64,000 bases of DNA from Candidatus Dormiibacterota bacterium (lineage in GTDB: Bacteria > Chloroflexota > Dormibacteria > Dormibacterales > Dormibacteraceae): positions 4,797 to 68,796 of the forward strand of contig DATBYW010000029.1 of NCBI GenBank assembly GCA_036513515.1, written 5' to 3'. The number at the start of each line of letters is the position of its first letter. The first letter of the stretch is position 1. The position numbers and the translations under genes are program-made. Under the pieces are notes generated by a model. The model did no database searches. It was not told where the DNA came from and saw only the letters and a program-made list of their open reading frames with translations. This document shows positions 27,464-37,319 of this stretch, piece after piece.

Positions 27464-29176
27464 CTAGTAGGTTCTCGCCTGAGGCTCCCAGTTCGTCATT
27501 CGCACCGGCCGGTACTCCAGGCGCGGTGGCCCGTCCGCCTCGTAATGGGCCACGGTGTGAGCGAGGAATCTCTTGTCGTCCCGGTCCGGGAAGTCGCGAC
27601 GGGCGTGTGAGCCTCGTGACTCCTCGCGCGCGAGCGCCGAATGGACGATGGTCTCGGCCCCGTCGAGCATGAACTCGAGCTCCAGGGCGCTCACCAGCTC
27701 GGTGTTGAAGGTGCGGCTCCGGTCGTCCAGCCGGGCCCTCTCGAAGCGACGCCGGAAGCGTCCCAGCTCCTCGGAGAGCTCCTTCAAGCCCTCGCGGGTC
27801 CGGAAGACGCCCGCCCCGCGGTCCATCGCCCGCTGCAGGTCTTCGCGGATCTCGCCCATCCGCTCCCCGTCACCCTGGCGCTGCAGGTAGGTCGTCTCCA
27901 GGCGCCTTCTTTCGTCTTTCACCAGACCGGAGACGGGGTTGGCGGTGGGCGCCCGAACGTCGGCGGCGTAGCGCGCGGCCGCGCGGCCGGCGGCCGCCCC
28001 GAAGACCAGGCACTCCGGCAGGGAGTTGGAGCCCAGCCGGTTGGCGCCGTTGAGGCCCACGTTGGCGCACTCGCCAGCGGCGTAGAGCCCGGGCATCGGT
28101 GTGGCGCCACTGACGTCGGCGTCGATGCCACCCATCATGTAGTGCTCCACCGGCCGAACCGGGATTGGCTCCTTCACGATGTCGATGCCCATGTACTCGT
28201 GGCCCAGCTCGCGCATGAAGGGCAGCTTCCGGTCGATCGTCTTTTCACCGAGGTGACGGACGTCCAGCTCCATGAAGTCGCCGTAGGAGCCGTGGAAACC
28301 TCGCCCGGCCTCGAACTCGGTCACCATGGCACGCGAGATGATGTCGCGGGGCCCCAACTCCATCTTGCTGGGGACATAGCTGCTGAGGAAGCGGTCCCCC
28401 TCGGCGTTGATCAGGTAGCCGCCCTCGCCCCGCACCGCCTCGGTGATCAGGATCCCGGTGCTCGGCATGCCGGTGGGATGGAACTGTACGAACTCCATGT
28501 CCTTGAGACCGACCCCGGCCCTGTAGGCCAGCGACATCCCGTCGCCGGTGCAGATGTTGCCATTGGTCGTGAAGGCGAAGATGCGGCCGTTGCCCCCCGT
28601 CGCCAGGATCACCGCCCTGGCAGCAATGGGCTGGACCTGGCCGGACCGGATGTCGAAGCCGATCACGCCCTCGCAGCGCCCGTCCTCGACGATCAGGGAG
28701 GTCACGAAGAACTCGTCGAAGCGCTGGATCTGCTCGTACTGCAGGGAGGTCTGGAAGGCCGTGTGGAGCATGTGGAAGCCGCTCTTGTCGGCGGCGAAGC
28801 AGGTCCGCCAGGTCGTCATGCCGCCGAAGGGCCGGACGCTGATGCGGCCGTCCGGCTCCCGGCTCCAGGGACAGCCCCAGTGCTCGAGCTGCACGACCTC
28901 CAGCGGCGCCTCTCGGACGAAGATCTCAACCACGTCCTGGTCCGCCAGGTAGTCGCTGCCCTTGATCGTGTCGAAGGCGTGGCTGTCGAAGCTGTCTGGC
29001 TCGCGAAGGACCGCCGCGCAGCCGCCCTCGGCGGAGACCGTGTGGCTTCGCATGGGGTAGACCTTCGAGGCCATCGCCACGCGGAGGCTGGGATCGGTCG
29101 AGACCACGGCGATCGCGGCCCGGATCCCCGCCAGACCACCGCCCACCACCAGGACGTCGCAGCTGGGGATTTCCAC
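27464..29176 (-). CDS. frdA: Fumarate reductase flavoprotein subunit
   Basis: Contains DVLVVGGGLAGIRAA, RSHTVSAEGG, FVQFHPTG and ESRGSHAR. Confidence 0.93.
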   Translation of the reverse strand: MEIPSCDVLVVGGGLAGIRAAIAVVSTDPSLRVAMASKVYPMRSHTVSAEGGCAAVLREPDSFDSHAFDTIKGSDYLADQDVVEIFVREAPLEVVQLEHWGCPWSREPDGRISVRPFGGMTTWRTCFAADKSGFHMLHTAFQTSLQYEQIQRFDEFFVTSLIVEDGRCEGVIGFDIRSGQVQPIAARAVILATGGNGRIFAFTTNGNICTGDGMSLAYRAGVGLKDMEFVQFHPTGMPSTGILITEAVRGEGGYLINAEGDRFLSSYVPSKMELGPRDIISRAMVTEFEAGRGFHGSYGDFMELDVRHLGEKTIDRKLPFMRELGHEYMGIDIVKEPIPVRPVEHYMMGGIDADVSGATPMPGLYAAGECANVGLNGANRLGSNSLPECLVFGAAAGRAAARYAADVRAPTANPVSGLVKDERRRLETTYLQRQGDGERMGEIREDLQRAMDRGAGVFRTREGLKELSEELGRFRRRFERARLDDRSRTFNTELVSALELEFMLDGAETIVHSALAREESRGSHARRDFPDRDDKRFLAHTVAHYEADGPPRLEYRPVRMTNWEPQARTY

Positions 29177-29355
29177 CGCAGCTATGCTATCTCGGCTGGC
29201 GATTCGGGCTGGGAGCGCCGGCTCCAGATCAGCTTGCCCCAGGCCCCGGCCCAGGGTGCCCCATCACGGCGGAGCAGTTCGTGAAGGTCCTCTACCGCCA
29301 CACCTCAGAGCACCTCACCCACCGGTGCGCCGCACTCGGCGGCTGAGTGGACGTA

Positions 29356-29754
29356 TCAGACGGGTACGGCCGTGGGTTCGAGCTGCGCGGCCAGTACCTC
29401 GTCGATCCGCGGCGGAGAGTAGCGCTCTCCCTTCAGGATCTTTCCGTCAGGCCGCCTCACGACCTCCGGATCACCCTTCGACATGTTCGAGCGGTGGATC
29501 TCCTTGAAGACCGGCTCGAGGTCGATCCCATAGGTGACCGCCGCACCGTAGACGACGCAGAGGAGGTCCCCGAGCGCATCCGCGATGCACACCAGGCTCC
29601 TGGCTTCACCCGCGTTCCTGAACTCTGCGAGCTCCTCTTCGATCAGGAGCACACGAAGACGGTGCGCGACCTCCCCGGGCCAGGTCGGATGCTCGTTGTG
29701 AGGGAGCCCGAAGCGCTCGTGGAACTCACGCACCATCAGCTGCTCGTCGTTCAT
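29356..29754 (-). CDS. MazG-like nucleotide pyrophosphohydrolase family protein
   Basis: 132 aa all-helical protein. EEELAEF...DALGDLLCVVYG matches the MazG EExxE...D metal-binding pattern. GGTAGGAGG lies upstream of the ATG. Confidence 0.7.
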   Translation of the reverse strand: MNDEQLMVREFHERFGLPHNEHPTWPGEVAHRLRVLLIEEELAEFRNAGEARSLVCIADALGDLLCVVYGAAVTYGIDLEPVFKEIHRSNMSKGDPEVVRRPDGKILKGERYSPPRIDEVLAAQLEPTAVPV

Positions 29755-29944
29755 ATGTCCTCCTACCGAGCCTCGCGGCGCTCCGCGCCGCTGCGCAGGC
29801 CCGAAGCCAATCGGCGAACTGAACCGCCGAGATCACCCCCAACACCCTCAGATTCCACCCCTAGTCTATGACCTTAACCCGGCCCACGCCCAACCCTGAT
29901 CCAGCCCGGCGCGATGCTGGTAGGGCGGGCGGCCCACCGGCCGC

Positions 29945-30862
29945 TCACGCTGATGTGCCGGTTGAGGAAGTGCCGCGGGTCTCGGAGTCCCAGGCCACGG
30001 CGCAGTCGGCTGCGACCGCCGCATTGTTGGCCAGAAGCGCGACGTTCACCTCGACCGCCCGACCGGCCGAAAGCTCGGCGACCCGGCCGAGAAGGGCCGG
30101 CGTGGCCTCCGGTCCGGAAAGCGGCCCGATCTCGGCGATCGCCTGCTCCACGATCCCAGCCGCGCCGAGCAGCTCTTCGGGAGGCGGGATGGCGATCACG
30201 GCGCCCCGGGAGCCGAACGCCCAGGCGGAGGCGAGGGCGAGAGCCACCTGGACGGGGCTGTCGGCGCGACCGGGAACCGCACACCCGCTGTGCCTGGAGT
30301 AGAAGGCGGGGAACTCATCGCAGCGGTAGCCGAGCACCGGCACCGCCAGGGATTCCAGCCGCTCCAGGGTGGCCGGCACGTCGAGCACCATCTTGACACC
30401 CGCGCAGAACACAGCCACCTGCGATCGCGTCAACTCGAAAAGGTCGGACGACACGTCGTCGAGCTGGCCCCGGTGAACGCCTCCGATTCCTCCGGTGGCC
30501 AGGAACCGGATCCCAGCGAGCGCGGCTGCGCGCAGCGTGCCCGCCACGGTGGTGGCGCCGTCCGCGCCGGAGGCGGCGGCGATCCCGAGGTCCCGGGAGC
30601 CGAGCTTGCGGACGCTTCTATCCGGGTCCGCGAGGGACTCGATCTCCGCCTCTGTCAGGCCGATCCGCAACCGGCCACCCAGCATGGCCACGGTGGCCGG
30701 GGCCGCGCCCCGCTTCCTGATGATGCCCTCACAGCGCAGCGCCGACTCCAGGTTCCAGGGCGCGGGCAATCCCTGGGCTATGACCGAGCTCTCCAGGGCG
30801 ACCACGGGCCGCCCATCGGCGAATGCGGCGCGAACCTCTTCGCTGAGCTCGATCGCGGTCAC
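29945..30862 (-). CDS. psuG: Pseudouridine-5'-phosphate glycosidase
   Basis: 305 aa. Contains PVVALESSVIAQGLP, ATGGIGGVHRG and DVSSDL. Confidence 0.9.
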   Translation of the reverse strand: MTAIELSEEVRAAFADGRPVVALESSVIAQGLPAPWNLESALRCEGIIRKRGAAPATVAMLGGRLRIGLTEAEIESLADPDRSVRKLGSRDLGIAAASGADGATTVAGTLRAAALAGIRFLATGGIGGVHRGQLDDVSSDLFELTRSQVAVFCAGVKMVLDVPATLERLESLAVPVLGYRCDEFPAFYSRHSGCAVPGRADSPVQVALALASAWAFGSRGAVIAIPPPEELLGAAGIVEQAIAEIGPLSGPEATPALLGRVAELSAGRAVEVNVALLANNAAVAADCAVAWDSETRGTSSTGTSA

Positions 30863-31701
30863 GGCCGTGCCCCCAGCCTGGTCACCGCCCGAGCCGCGAC
30901 CAGCACCGCCCGTCCGCCGGCCTCCAGCGGCGGGCTGCCTTCCAGATAGGCGGCGCAGAAGGCGGCTGCGAAGGCGTCGCCGGCGCCGGTGGGATCGACT
31001 TCCTCGACCACCGGGGCCGGTATCCGCCGGCCCATGACGGTGCAGCCGCGCCTGCCCAGCTTCACGATCAGGATCTTGGCGGCCGTTCGCGCCTCGGGAG
31101 CAAGCGCCGCCACCTCTCGCTCCGTGGCGAACAGCAGCTCAGGGGCCAGCGCCAGGAGGTCACCTGCCATCCTGGCCGCCCCGTGGCGGCCGAGATCGCC
31201 CGAGGAGGACAGGTCGACCGAGATCAGACCTCCCCGGGCTCTCACAAGCTCGGCGGCCCTACGAGCCGCAGCGCCGAGCGGCTCCAGGAAGAGGGCGTAG
31301 CCGGGAATGTGCAGGAGCCGCACTCCTTCCAGCCACTCTTCGCGCACCTGCTCCGGCCGCAGCAGCGTGCTTGCCCCGCGCTGCCTGGCAAAGGTCCGCT
31401 CTCCTTCCGGCCCTACCAGTACCGCTATCACCCCGGTCGGCTCCTCCCCGATCACGGCGCGAACCTCGACTCCCCCCAGCTCGAGCTCGGCCACCAGGCG
31501 ATGGCCGACCGCGTCGTCGCCGATCCGGGTCAGCAGGCGGGCCGGCTCACCCAGGCTGGCGGCCCAGGCGCAGAAGTTGGCGGCCTGGCCACCGCCCGCG
31601 ATTTTGATCTGGGCCTCCTGGTCGTCGTCGACCCGCCACGGCCCCTCTGGAGCGATCGTCACGTCGAGCACGAGCTCCCCGATGGCGGCCATCAAGATCA
31701 T
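30859..31701 (-). CDS. psuK: PfkB-family carbohydrate kinase (probable pseudouridine kinase)
   Basis: Has the ribokinase-fold motif DPTGAGDAFAAAF. It overlaps psuG by 4 nt, which supports the pseudouridine-kinase role. Confidence 0.75.
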   Translation of the reverse strand: MILMAAIGELVLDVTIAPEGPWRVDDDQEAQIKIAGGGQAANFCAWAASLGEPARLLTRIGDDAVGHRLVAELELGGVEVRAVIGEEPTGVIAVLVGPEGERTFARQRGASTLLRPEQVREEWLEGVRLLHIPGYALFLEPLGAAARRAAELVRARGGLISVDLSSSGDLGRHGAARMAGDLLALAPELLFATEREVAALAPEARTAAKILIVKLGRRGCTVMGRRIPAPVVEEVDPTGAGDAFAAAFCAAYLEGSPPLEAGGRAVLVAARAVTRLGARP

Positions 31702-31751
31702 GGAAGACTAGCCGCCTGCCGGCTGTTGGCGCTCCTATTGGGCAGACGTCT

Positions 31752-33392
31752 TTGCAAAGGGATGGAAGGATGACAGCTGATCGACTCCCTCGCGGCCAGC
31801 TCGTGCTGGCCACCATCGGAGTGATGTTGGCCCTGCTGCTGGCCTCCCTGGACCAGACCATCGTGGGCACCGCGATGCCTCGCATCGTCTCGCAGCTGAA
31901 CGGGCTTGATTACTACGCCTGGGTCACGACGGCCTACCTGGTCACCTCTACGGTCGTGGTTCCAATCGCCGGCAAGCTCGGCGACCTCTTCGGCCGCAAG
32001 CCCTTCCTGCTCCTGGGAATGGTCGGATTCGTGGCGGCCTCCGCCCTCTGCGGCCTCTCCCAGAACATGTTGGAGCTCGTGCTTTTCAGGGGCCTCCAGG
32101 GACTCTTCGGCGGCCTGCTCTTCGCCTCGGTGTTCACGGTCCTGGCCGACATCTTTCCGCCCCAGCAGCGAGCCCGCATGCAGGGGCTTTTCGGTGGCGT
32201 CTTCGGCCTTTCATCGGTGATCGGGCCGACCATCGGCGGCTACCTGACGGACATCGGGGATTGGCGCTGGGTCTTCTACGTCAACGTCCCCATCGGAGTG
32301 CTGGCGGTGGCCGCGGTGGCCAGCGCCCTTCCCTACGTCCGCTCGAGGGCGACCTGGCGGGACATCGACTTCGTCGGCTCGATCGTGCTGTCGGTCGGCC
32401 TGGTGCCGCTCCTGATCGCGCTCTCAATCACCCGCGACCACGCCTGGACCTCCCCCGAGGTCATGGGCCTGCTCGGCTTCTCGGTCCTGGCGCTCGGGGC
32501 CTTTTTCTTCATCGAGCGCCGCGTCTCGCAGCCGGTGATTCCGTTCGACCTCTTCCGCAACAACGTTTTCGGGGTGACGGTGCTGGTCGCCTTCTTCAGC
32601 GCTTTCGGAATGTTCGGCACGATCATCTTCGTCCCGCTCCTCTACCAGGGCGTGCTGGCGATCAGCGCGACGAACTCCGGCCAGCTGCTGACCCCGATGA
32701 TGTTCGGGCTGCTCGTCTTCAGCACCCTCGCCGGGCAGCTGATGACACGGATCCGCTATTACCGCTTCATCAGCACGGTGGGCATGGCGGTGATGCTCGT
32801 CGGCATGGTCCTGCTGGCCCAGGTCGGCGTCCACAGCAGCCGCTGGGAGGTGGTGCGCGACATCGTCATCGTGGGCGCCGGTCTCGGACTCAGCTTCCCG
32901 GTCACCTTCACCGCCGTCCAGAGCGCGCTGCCTCGCGAGCTGATCGGGGTGGCCACCAGCCAGATCCAGTTCTGGCGCAACCTGGGCGGGACGGTGGGCA
33001 CGGCAGTGCTGGGCTCGATCCTCGCCCGCGACCTGCCGGGCGCGATCCAGCGCCGGCTGGCCGAGCAGCACCTCCCGGCGCAGTTCAAGCTGCCCGTGAA
33101 CGTCTCCGGGAGCCCGCAGTCGCTCTTCGACCCCAACCGCCTGGCCCAGCTCAGGGCTTCGGTCCCGCCCCAGGCGGCGCCGATCTTCGACCGCGCGATC
33201 GAAGCCGTCCGCGCAGGCCTCGCCGACACCCTCCACACGCTCTTCCTCCTGGCGGCCGTGATCCTGGTGGTGGCACTGGTCGCCAGCGTCTTCCTGCGCG
33301 AGGTCCCCATCACGGACCGGATGACACCCCCGGCCGACGAGCCGCCCGCGCCAGAAAAGGCCGAGCCCGAGCGAGAGCCGGTCACCGCCTGA
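31752..33392 (+). CDS. MFS transporter, DHA2 (EmrB/QacA-like, 14-TMS) family
   Basis: Contains LDQTIVGTAMPRI and GKLGDLFGRKP, with about 14 hydrophobic segments. An alternative ATG start lies at 31770. Confidence 0.85.
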   Translation: MQRDGRMTADRLPRGQLVLATIGVMLALLLASLDQTIVGTAMPRIVSQLNGLDYYAWVTTAYLVTSTVVVPIAGKLGDLFGRKPFLLLGMVGFVAASALCGLSQNMLELVLFRGLQGLFGGLLFASVFTVLADIFPPQQRARMQGLFGGVFGLSSVIGPTIGGYLTDIGDWRWVFYVNVPIGVLAVAAVASALPYVRSRATWRDIDFVGSIVLSVGLVPLLIALSITRDHAWTSPEVMGLLGFSVLALGAFFFIERRVSQPVIPFDLFRNNVFGVTVLVAFFSAFGMFGTIIFVPLLYQGVLAISATNSGQLLTPMMFGLLVFSTLAGQLMTRIRYYRFISTVGMAVMLVGMVLLAQVGVHSSRWEVVRDIVIVGAGLGLSFPVTFTAVQSALPRELIGVATSQIQFWRNLGGTVGTAVLGSILARDLPGAIQRRLAEQHLPAQFKLPVNVSGSPQSLFDPNRLAQLRASVPPQAAPIFDRAIEAVRAGLADTLHTLFLLAAVILVVALVASVFLREVPITDRMTPPADEPPAPEKAEPEREPVTA

Positions 33393-33419
33393 GGCCAGTT
33401 CCTTGACCCGGTTCCGGGC

Positions 33420-34544
33420 TTAGAGGAGGATGCGGCCGTCCTGCATGATCTGGCGGCCGTCCGCGTAGACGTCGGCTCGGCTGGCCAGGACGTCGACGTG
33501 TGTGCCGCAGTCCCAATCGGCTCCCGTCTCGGAGCCGTAGGGGTCGCCGAAGGCGACGTGCACCCCCGGGAACTTCTCGTCCTGCAGGAAGTTCCCGATG
33601 ATTCGCTTCAGGCCGACGTTGGTGCCGATCGCGAACTCGCCGGCGCGGTTGGAGCAGGGACTCTGATCCAGGTAGGCGACGATCTCCGCCTCGATCTCGG
33701 GATGGCCCGGCATGCTCGCCGACACCACCCGACCTTCCTTGATTCGGATCCGGACCGGCTCCTCGAAGAGGTGGTATCTGGCCGTGAAGTGGTCTCCCAT
33801 CTCCTCCCCGACAAGCAGACCGTCCAGCGTCCAGGGGGCGGTGAAGACCTCCCCCTCCGGCAGGTTTCCCCAGCGGCCCTGCTCGTGGTAGCGCCCGTCG
33901 CTGGGGATCCAGCGCCTCTCCCCGGAGAACGTGGCGGTCAGTTCGGTGCCCAGCCTGGTCACGACCTCGATGCGCGAGGCCTCCCTGACCACGTCATAGA
34001 CGCGCCTGGTGACCCGGTAGACCTCCTCGTAGTCGACGGCCATGCCGTCGAGCATCAGCGCGCGGTCGATTCCGATCATGTGCCCGTGCCGGCATTTGAG
34101 GCGATCCGTCAGCAACCTGAGCATCGGCTGCCGGAAGGCCAGCTCGCCGGGTAGGCCCTCGCCGATGAAGAAGGAGGCTGTGGGCTTGAACCGCAGTATC
34201 TCCTCGGCCAGCGCCCGAGGAAACTCCCGTGCCGGACGAGCAACCCAGTCCTCCATCATCCAGCTGAGCACGTCGGCGCCGGCCTCCGCCGCCTCTTCCT
34301 CGATGGCCTCGGCGATGTCCACACGGCCCCGATCCTTGACCACCGCGACCCTGTCGCCGTCGTGAATCCCGAGACAGGTTCGGACCGCGTTGCGGGCGCC
34401 CGCGGCGTACTCCGGCAGCACGGAAAAGAGAGTAGCGAGGTGGAGGTGCACATTTCCGGCCGCTGGGATATAAGATGGCGCGTCGGCGCGCGGGGGCTTC
34501 CCGGTATGCCCATCCGGCCTCCGTGAGCCATCGCCCATGCCCAA
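33420..34544 (-). CDS. Aminopeptidase, M29 (AmpS/PepS-like) family
   Basis: The C-terminal HVAFGDPYGSETGADWDCGTHVDV is typical of M29 thermophilic metalloproteases. The start is uncertain; an alternative GTG lies at 34451. Confidence 0.75.
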   Translation of the reverse strand: MGMGDGSRRPDGHTGKPPRADAPSYIPAAGNVHLHLATLFSVLPEYAAGARNAVRTCLGIHDGDRVAVVKDRGRVDIAEAIEEEAAEAGADVLSWMMEDWVARPAREFPRALAEEILRFKPTASFFIGEGLPGELAFRQPMLRLLTDRLKCRHGHMIGIDRALMLDGMAVDYEEVYRVTRRVYDVVREASRIEVVTRLGTELTATFSGERRWIPSDGRYHEQGRWGNLPEGEVFTAPWTLDGLLVGEEMGDHFTARYHLFEEPVRIRIKEGRVVSASMPGHPEIEAEIVAYLDQSPCSNRAGEFAIGTNVGLKRIIGNFLQDEKFPGVHVAFGDPYGSETGADWDCGTHVDVLASRADVYADGRQIMQDGRILL

Positions 34545-34554
34545 GGAGGGGGCA

Positions 34555-34842
34555 ATGCTGAACTACGTGGACAAAGTGCTGGTCTGCCGGGACTGTAGCC
34601 GGGAGTTCATATTCTCCGCCGGCGAACAGGAGTTCTATCAGTCGCGAGGGCTCCAGCATGAGCCACGCCGCTGCCCCGATTGTCGCAACGCCAGGCGCCA
34701 GCAGGACGGTGCAAGCCGTCCGGGCCGCGTCATGCACGACGTGATCTGCAGCAACTGCGGCAAGTTGACGCAGGTGCCATTCGTGCCGACCGGGAGCCGG
34801 CCCGTCTACTGTCAGGACTGCTTCCAGACGGCAAGGCGCTAG
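34555..34842 (+). CDS. Zinc-ribbon protein (CxxC-x17-CxxC domain)
   Basis: The ATG at 34555 follows AAGGAGGGGG. Two zinc ribbons: CRDC...CPDC, and CSNC-17 residues-CQDC. The FYQSRG motif is present. Confidence 0.8.
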   Translation: MLNYVDKVLVCRDCSREFIFSAGEQEFYQSRGLQHEPRRCPDCRNARRQQDGASRPGRVMHDVICSNCGKLTQVPFVPTGSRPVYCQDCFQTARR

Positions 34843-34903
34843 CGGCGCAGGCCGCGGCCGGCCCCCGGCTGGCGCCGGCCCGCCCGGGTGGATAATCGAT
34901 CCC

Positions 34904-35827
34904 ATGGCCACGGCGGTTACGCTCGCCCATCTTGGATCGCTGATGCGCGGCGTGCGCACCGTTGACCAGGTGGGTGCCGAGGAGCGCGCCGCCTCGCTCA
35001 GCAAGCGCTCGATCAAGCGCTCCTCCAAGCTCTGGGCCCTGGACCTCGCCATCCGCTGCATGGATCTCACCACGCTGGAAGGAGCCGACACGCCGGGCAA
35101 GGTGGCCGCGCTGTGCTCCAAGGCGATCCGGCCGCAGCCCGGCGACGCCTCGATCCCGAGCGTGGCGGCGGTCTGCCTGTACCCCTCGCTGGTGGCGGAG
35201 GCCACGCGCCATCTGCGGGGCAGCGGAGTCCGGGTGGCCAGCGTGGCGACCGCCTTTCCCTCCGGCCAATCGTTCCTCGACGTGAAGGTTGCGGAGGCCC
35301 GCCAGGCCGTCGCCGCCGGCGCCGACGAGGTGGACATGGTGATCGACCGAGGCGCCTTCCTTTCGGGTGACTACCAGAAGGTCTACGAGGAGATCGGAGC
35401 GGTCAAGGAGGCCTGCGAGCCGGCTCACCTTAAGGTGATCCTGGAGACCGGGGAGCTGGGCACTTACGACAACGTCCGCCGGGCCAGCATCCTGGCCATG
35501 GCAGCTGGAGCCGATTTCATCAAGACCTCGACCGGCAAGGTGCAGCCGGCCGCGACGCTTCCGGTCAGCCTGGTGATGATGGAATCGATCCGTGACTTCC
35601 ACCACGAGACGGGCCGCCTGGTCGGCTTCAAGCCGGCCGGCGGGATCCGGACCTCGAAGGTGGCGATCGCCTACCTGGTCATGCTCTGGGAGACGCTGGG
35701 AGCGGAATGGATGACCCCCGAGCGCTTCCGGCTGGGCGCCTCGAGCCTGCTCAACGACGTGCTGATGCAGATCTCCAAGGAGCGCAGCGGCAGCTACCAG
35801 TCCGACGACTACTTCACCAAGGACTGA
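34904..35827 (+). CDS. deoC: Deoxyribose-phosphate aldolase (long actinobacterial type)
   Basis: Contains DLTTLEG, VAAVCLYP, EVDMVI and the Schiff-base Lys region FIKTSTGK. Confidence 0.9.
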   Translation: MATAVTLAHLGSLMRGVRTVDQVGAEERAASLSKRSIKRSSKLWALDLAIRCMDLTTLEGADTPGKVAALCSKAIRPQPGDASIPSVAAVCLYPSLVAEATRHLRGSGVRVASVATAFPSGQSFLDVKVAEARQAVAAGADEVDMVIDRGAFLSGDYQKVYEEIGAVKEACEPAHLKVILETGELGTYDNVRRASILAMAAGADFIKTSTGKVQPAATLPVSLVMMESIRDFHHETGRLVGFKPAGGIRTSKVAIAYLVMLWETLGAEWMTPERFRLGASSLLNDVLMQISKERSGSYQSDDYFTKD

Positions 35828-35835
35828 GACAGCCG

Positions 35836-37311
35836 ATGGCCCTCGCCAAGCGTCCCACCACCGATCTGGCGCCAGAGGTTCCCTTTCACTACGAGGCGGC
35901 GCCGGAGGCCGTCGACCACGTCAGGATCGCCGGCTCCTATGACCTCTTCATCGGCGGCCGCTTCGTGGCACCCCACTCCCGGAAGAGGTTCGCGACCATT
36001 AACCCGGCGACGGAGGAAACCCTCGCCCAGGTGGCTGAGGCCGACGAGATCGACGTCGACCACGCCGTCAAGGCTGCCGCCAACGCATTTCGGTCCTGGT
36101 CCCGGCTCGACCCGGGCCGAAGGGCTCGCTACATCTTCCGGCTCTCCCGCCTGATCCAGGAGCGGGCTCGGGAGCTGGCCGTGGTGGAGACCATGGACGG
36201 CGGCAAGCCGATCAAGGAGTCGAGGGACGTCGACATCCCGCTGGCCGCCGCCCACTTCTTCTACTACGCGGGCTGGGCCGACAAGCTGGAATGGGCGGTT
36301 CCCAACCGCCGTCTGCGCCCACTGGGCGTGGCCGGGCAGGTCATCCCCTGGAACTTCCCGCTTCTCATGCTGGCCTGGAAGGTGGCGCCGGCCCTGGCCA
36401 CGGGCAACACGGTCGTCTTGAAGCCGGCCGAGACAACGCCACTCACGGCGATGCTCTTCGCCGAGATCTGCCAGCAGGCTGATCTGCCGCCGGGCGTGGT
36501 GAACGTGGTCAGCGGGGCAGGGCAGACCGGCTCCCTGGTGGTCGGCCATCCCGAGGTCCGCAAGGTGGCCTTCACGGGGTCGACCGAGGTTGGCAAGCTG
36601 ATCCGGCGCCAGGTCGCCGGGAGTGGCAAGCACCTGACCCTGGAGCTGGGCGGGAAGGCGGCGAACATCGTCTTCGAGGACGCGCCCCTGGACCAGGCCA
36701 TAGAAGGCGTGGTCAACGGCATCTACTTCAACCAGGGCCACGTCTGCTGCGCCGGCTCCCGCCTGCTGGTCCAGGAATCGATCCTGGAGCCGCTGCTCCA
36801 GAAGCTGAAGGTGCGGTTGGGCACGCTGCGGGTGGGCGATCCACTCGACAAGAACACCGACGTGGGTGCCATCAACTCGAAGCAGCAGCTGGAGAAGATC
36901 GAGGGTCTGGTGCAATCAGGGATCGAGGAGGGCGCGGAGGTCTATCAGCCGCCCTGTGAGCTGCCGGCGAGAGGCTACTGGTTCAGGCCCACGCTGTTCA
37001 CGGGCGTCGCGCAATCGCACCGGATCGCCCGCGAGGAGATCTTCGGCCCGGTGCTCTCCGTGCTCAGCTTCAGGACGCCCGAGGAAGCTGTTGAGAAGGC
37101 CAACAACACCCCCTACGGTCTCTCGGCGGGGGTATGGACCGACAAGGGATCGCGCATCCTCTGGATGGCCGAGCGCATGCGGGCGGGCGTGGTCTGGGCC
37201 AACACCTACAACCGCTTCGATCCCACGTCGCCCTTCGGCGGATACAAGGAATCCGGCTTCGGGCGCGAGGGCGGTTTGCACGGCCTTCTCCCCTACCTCG
37301 ACGTGGATTGA
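35836..37311 (+). CDS. Aldehyde dehydrogenase (NAD(P)+)
   Basis: The ATG at 35836 gives a 491-aa protein with IPWNFPLLM, GNTVVLKPAE, LELGGK, the catalytic Cys in GHVCCAGSR, and EEIFGPV. Confidence 0.92.
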   Translation: MALAKRPTTDLAPEVPFHYEAAPEAVDHVRIAGSYDLFIGGRFVAPHSRKRFATINPATEETLAQVAEADEIDVDHAVKAAANAFRSWSRLDPGRRARYIFRLSRLIQERARELAVVETMDGGKPIKESRDVDIPLAAAHFFYYAGWADKLEWAVPNRRLRPLGVAGQVIPWNFPLLMLAWKVAPALATGNTVVLKPAETTPLTAMLFAEICQQADLPPGVVNVVSGAGQTGSLVVGHPEVRKVAFTGSTEVGKLIRRQVAGSGKHLTLELGGKAANIVFEDAPLDQAIEGVVNGIYFNQGHVCCAGSRLLVQESILEPLLQKLKVRLGTLRVGDPLDKNTDVGAINSKQQLEKIEGLVQSGIEEGAEVYQPPCELPARGYWFRPTLFTGVAQSHRIAREEIFGPVLSVLSFRTPEEAVEKANNTPYGLSAGVWTDKGSRILWMAERMRAGVVWANTYNRFDPTSPFGGYKESGFGREGGLHGLLPYLDVD

Positions 37312-37319
37312 GCGGAACT

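Noticed and set aside
27641-29284. 547-aa plus-strand ORF opposite frdA, and similar giants opposite other genes (40950-42293, 43601-45961, 47642-49459, 59905-61335, 61347-62249)
   Set aside because: All lie antisense to genes with unambiguous motifs (FrdA, the LarA-like protein, FAR-HAD, FtsH, CcmABC, CcmF). None has a recognisable domain, and their composition is the mirror-frame bias expected at about 70% GC.
29857-29878. AT-richer stretch containing TAGACT (minus strand) upstream of the MazG-like gene, as a possible -10 element
   Set aside because: This is a single hexamer match with no supporting -35 element and no TSS data. It cannot be distinguished from chance by eye.
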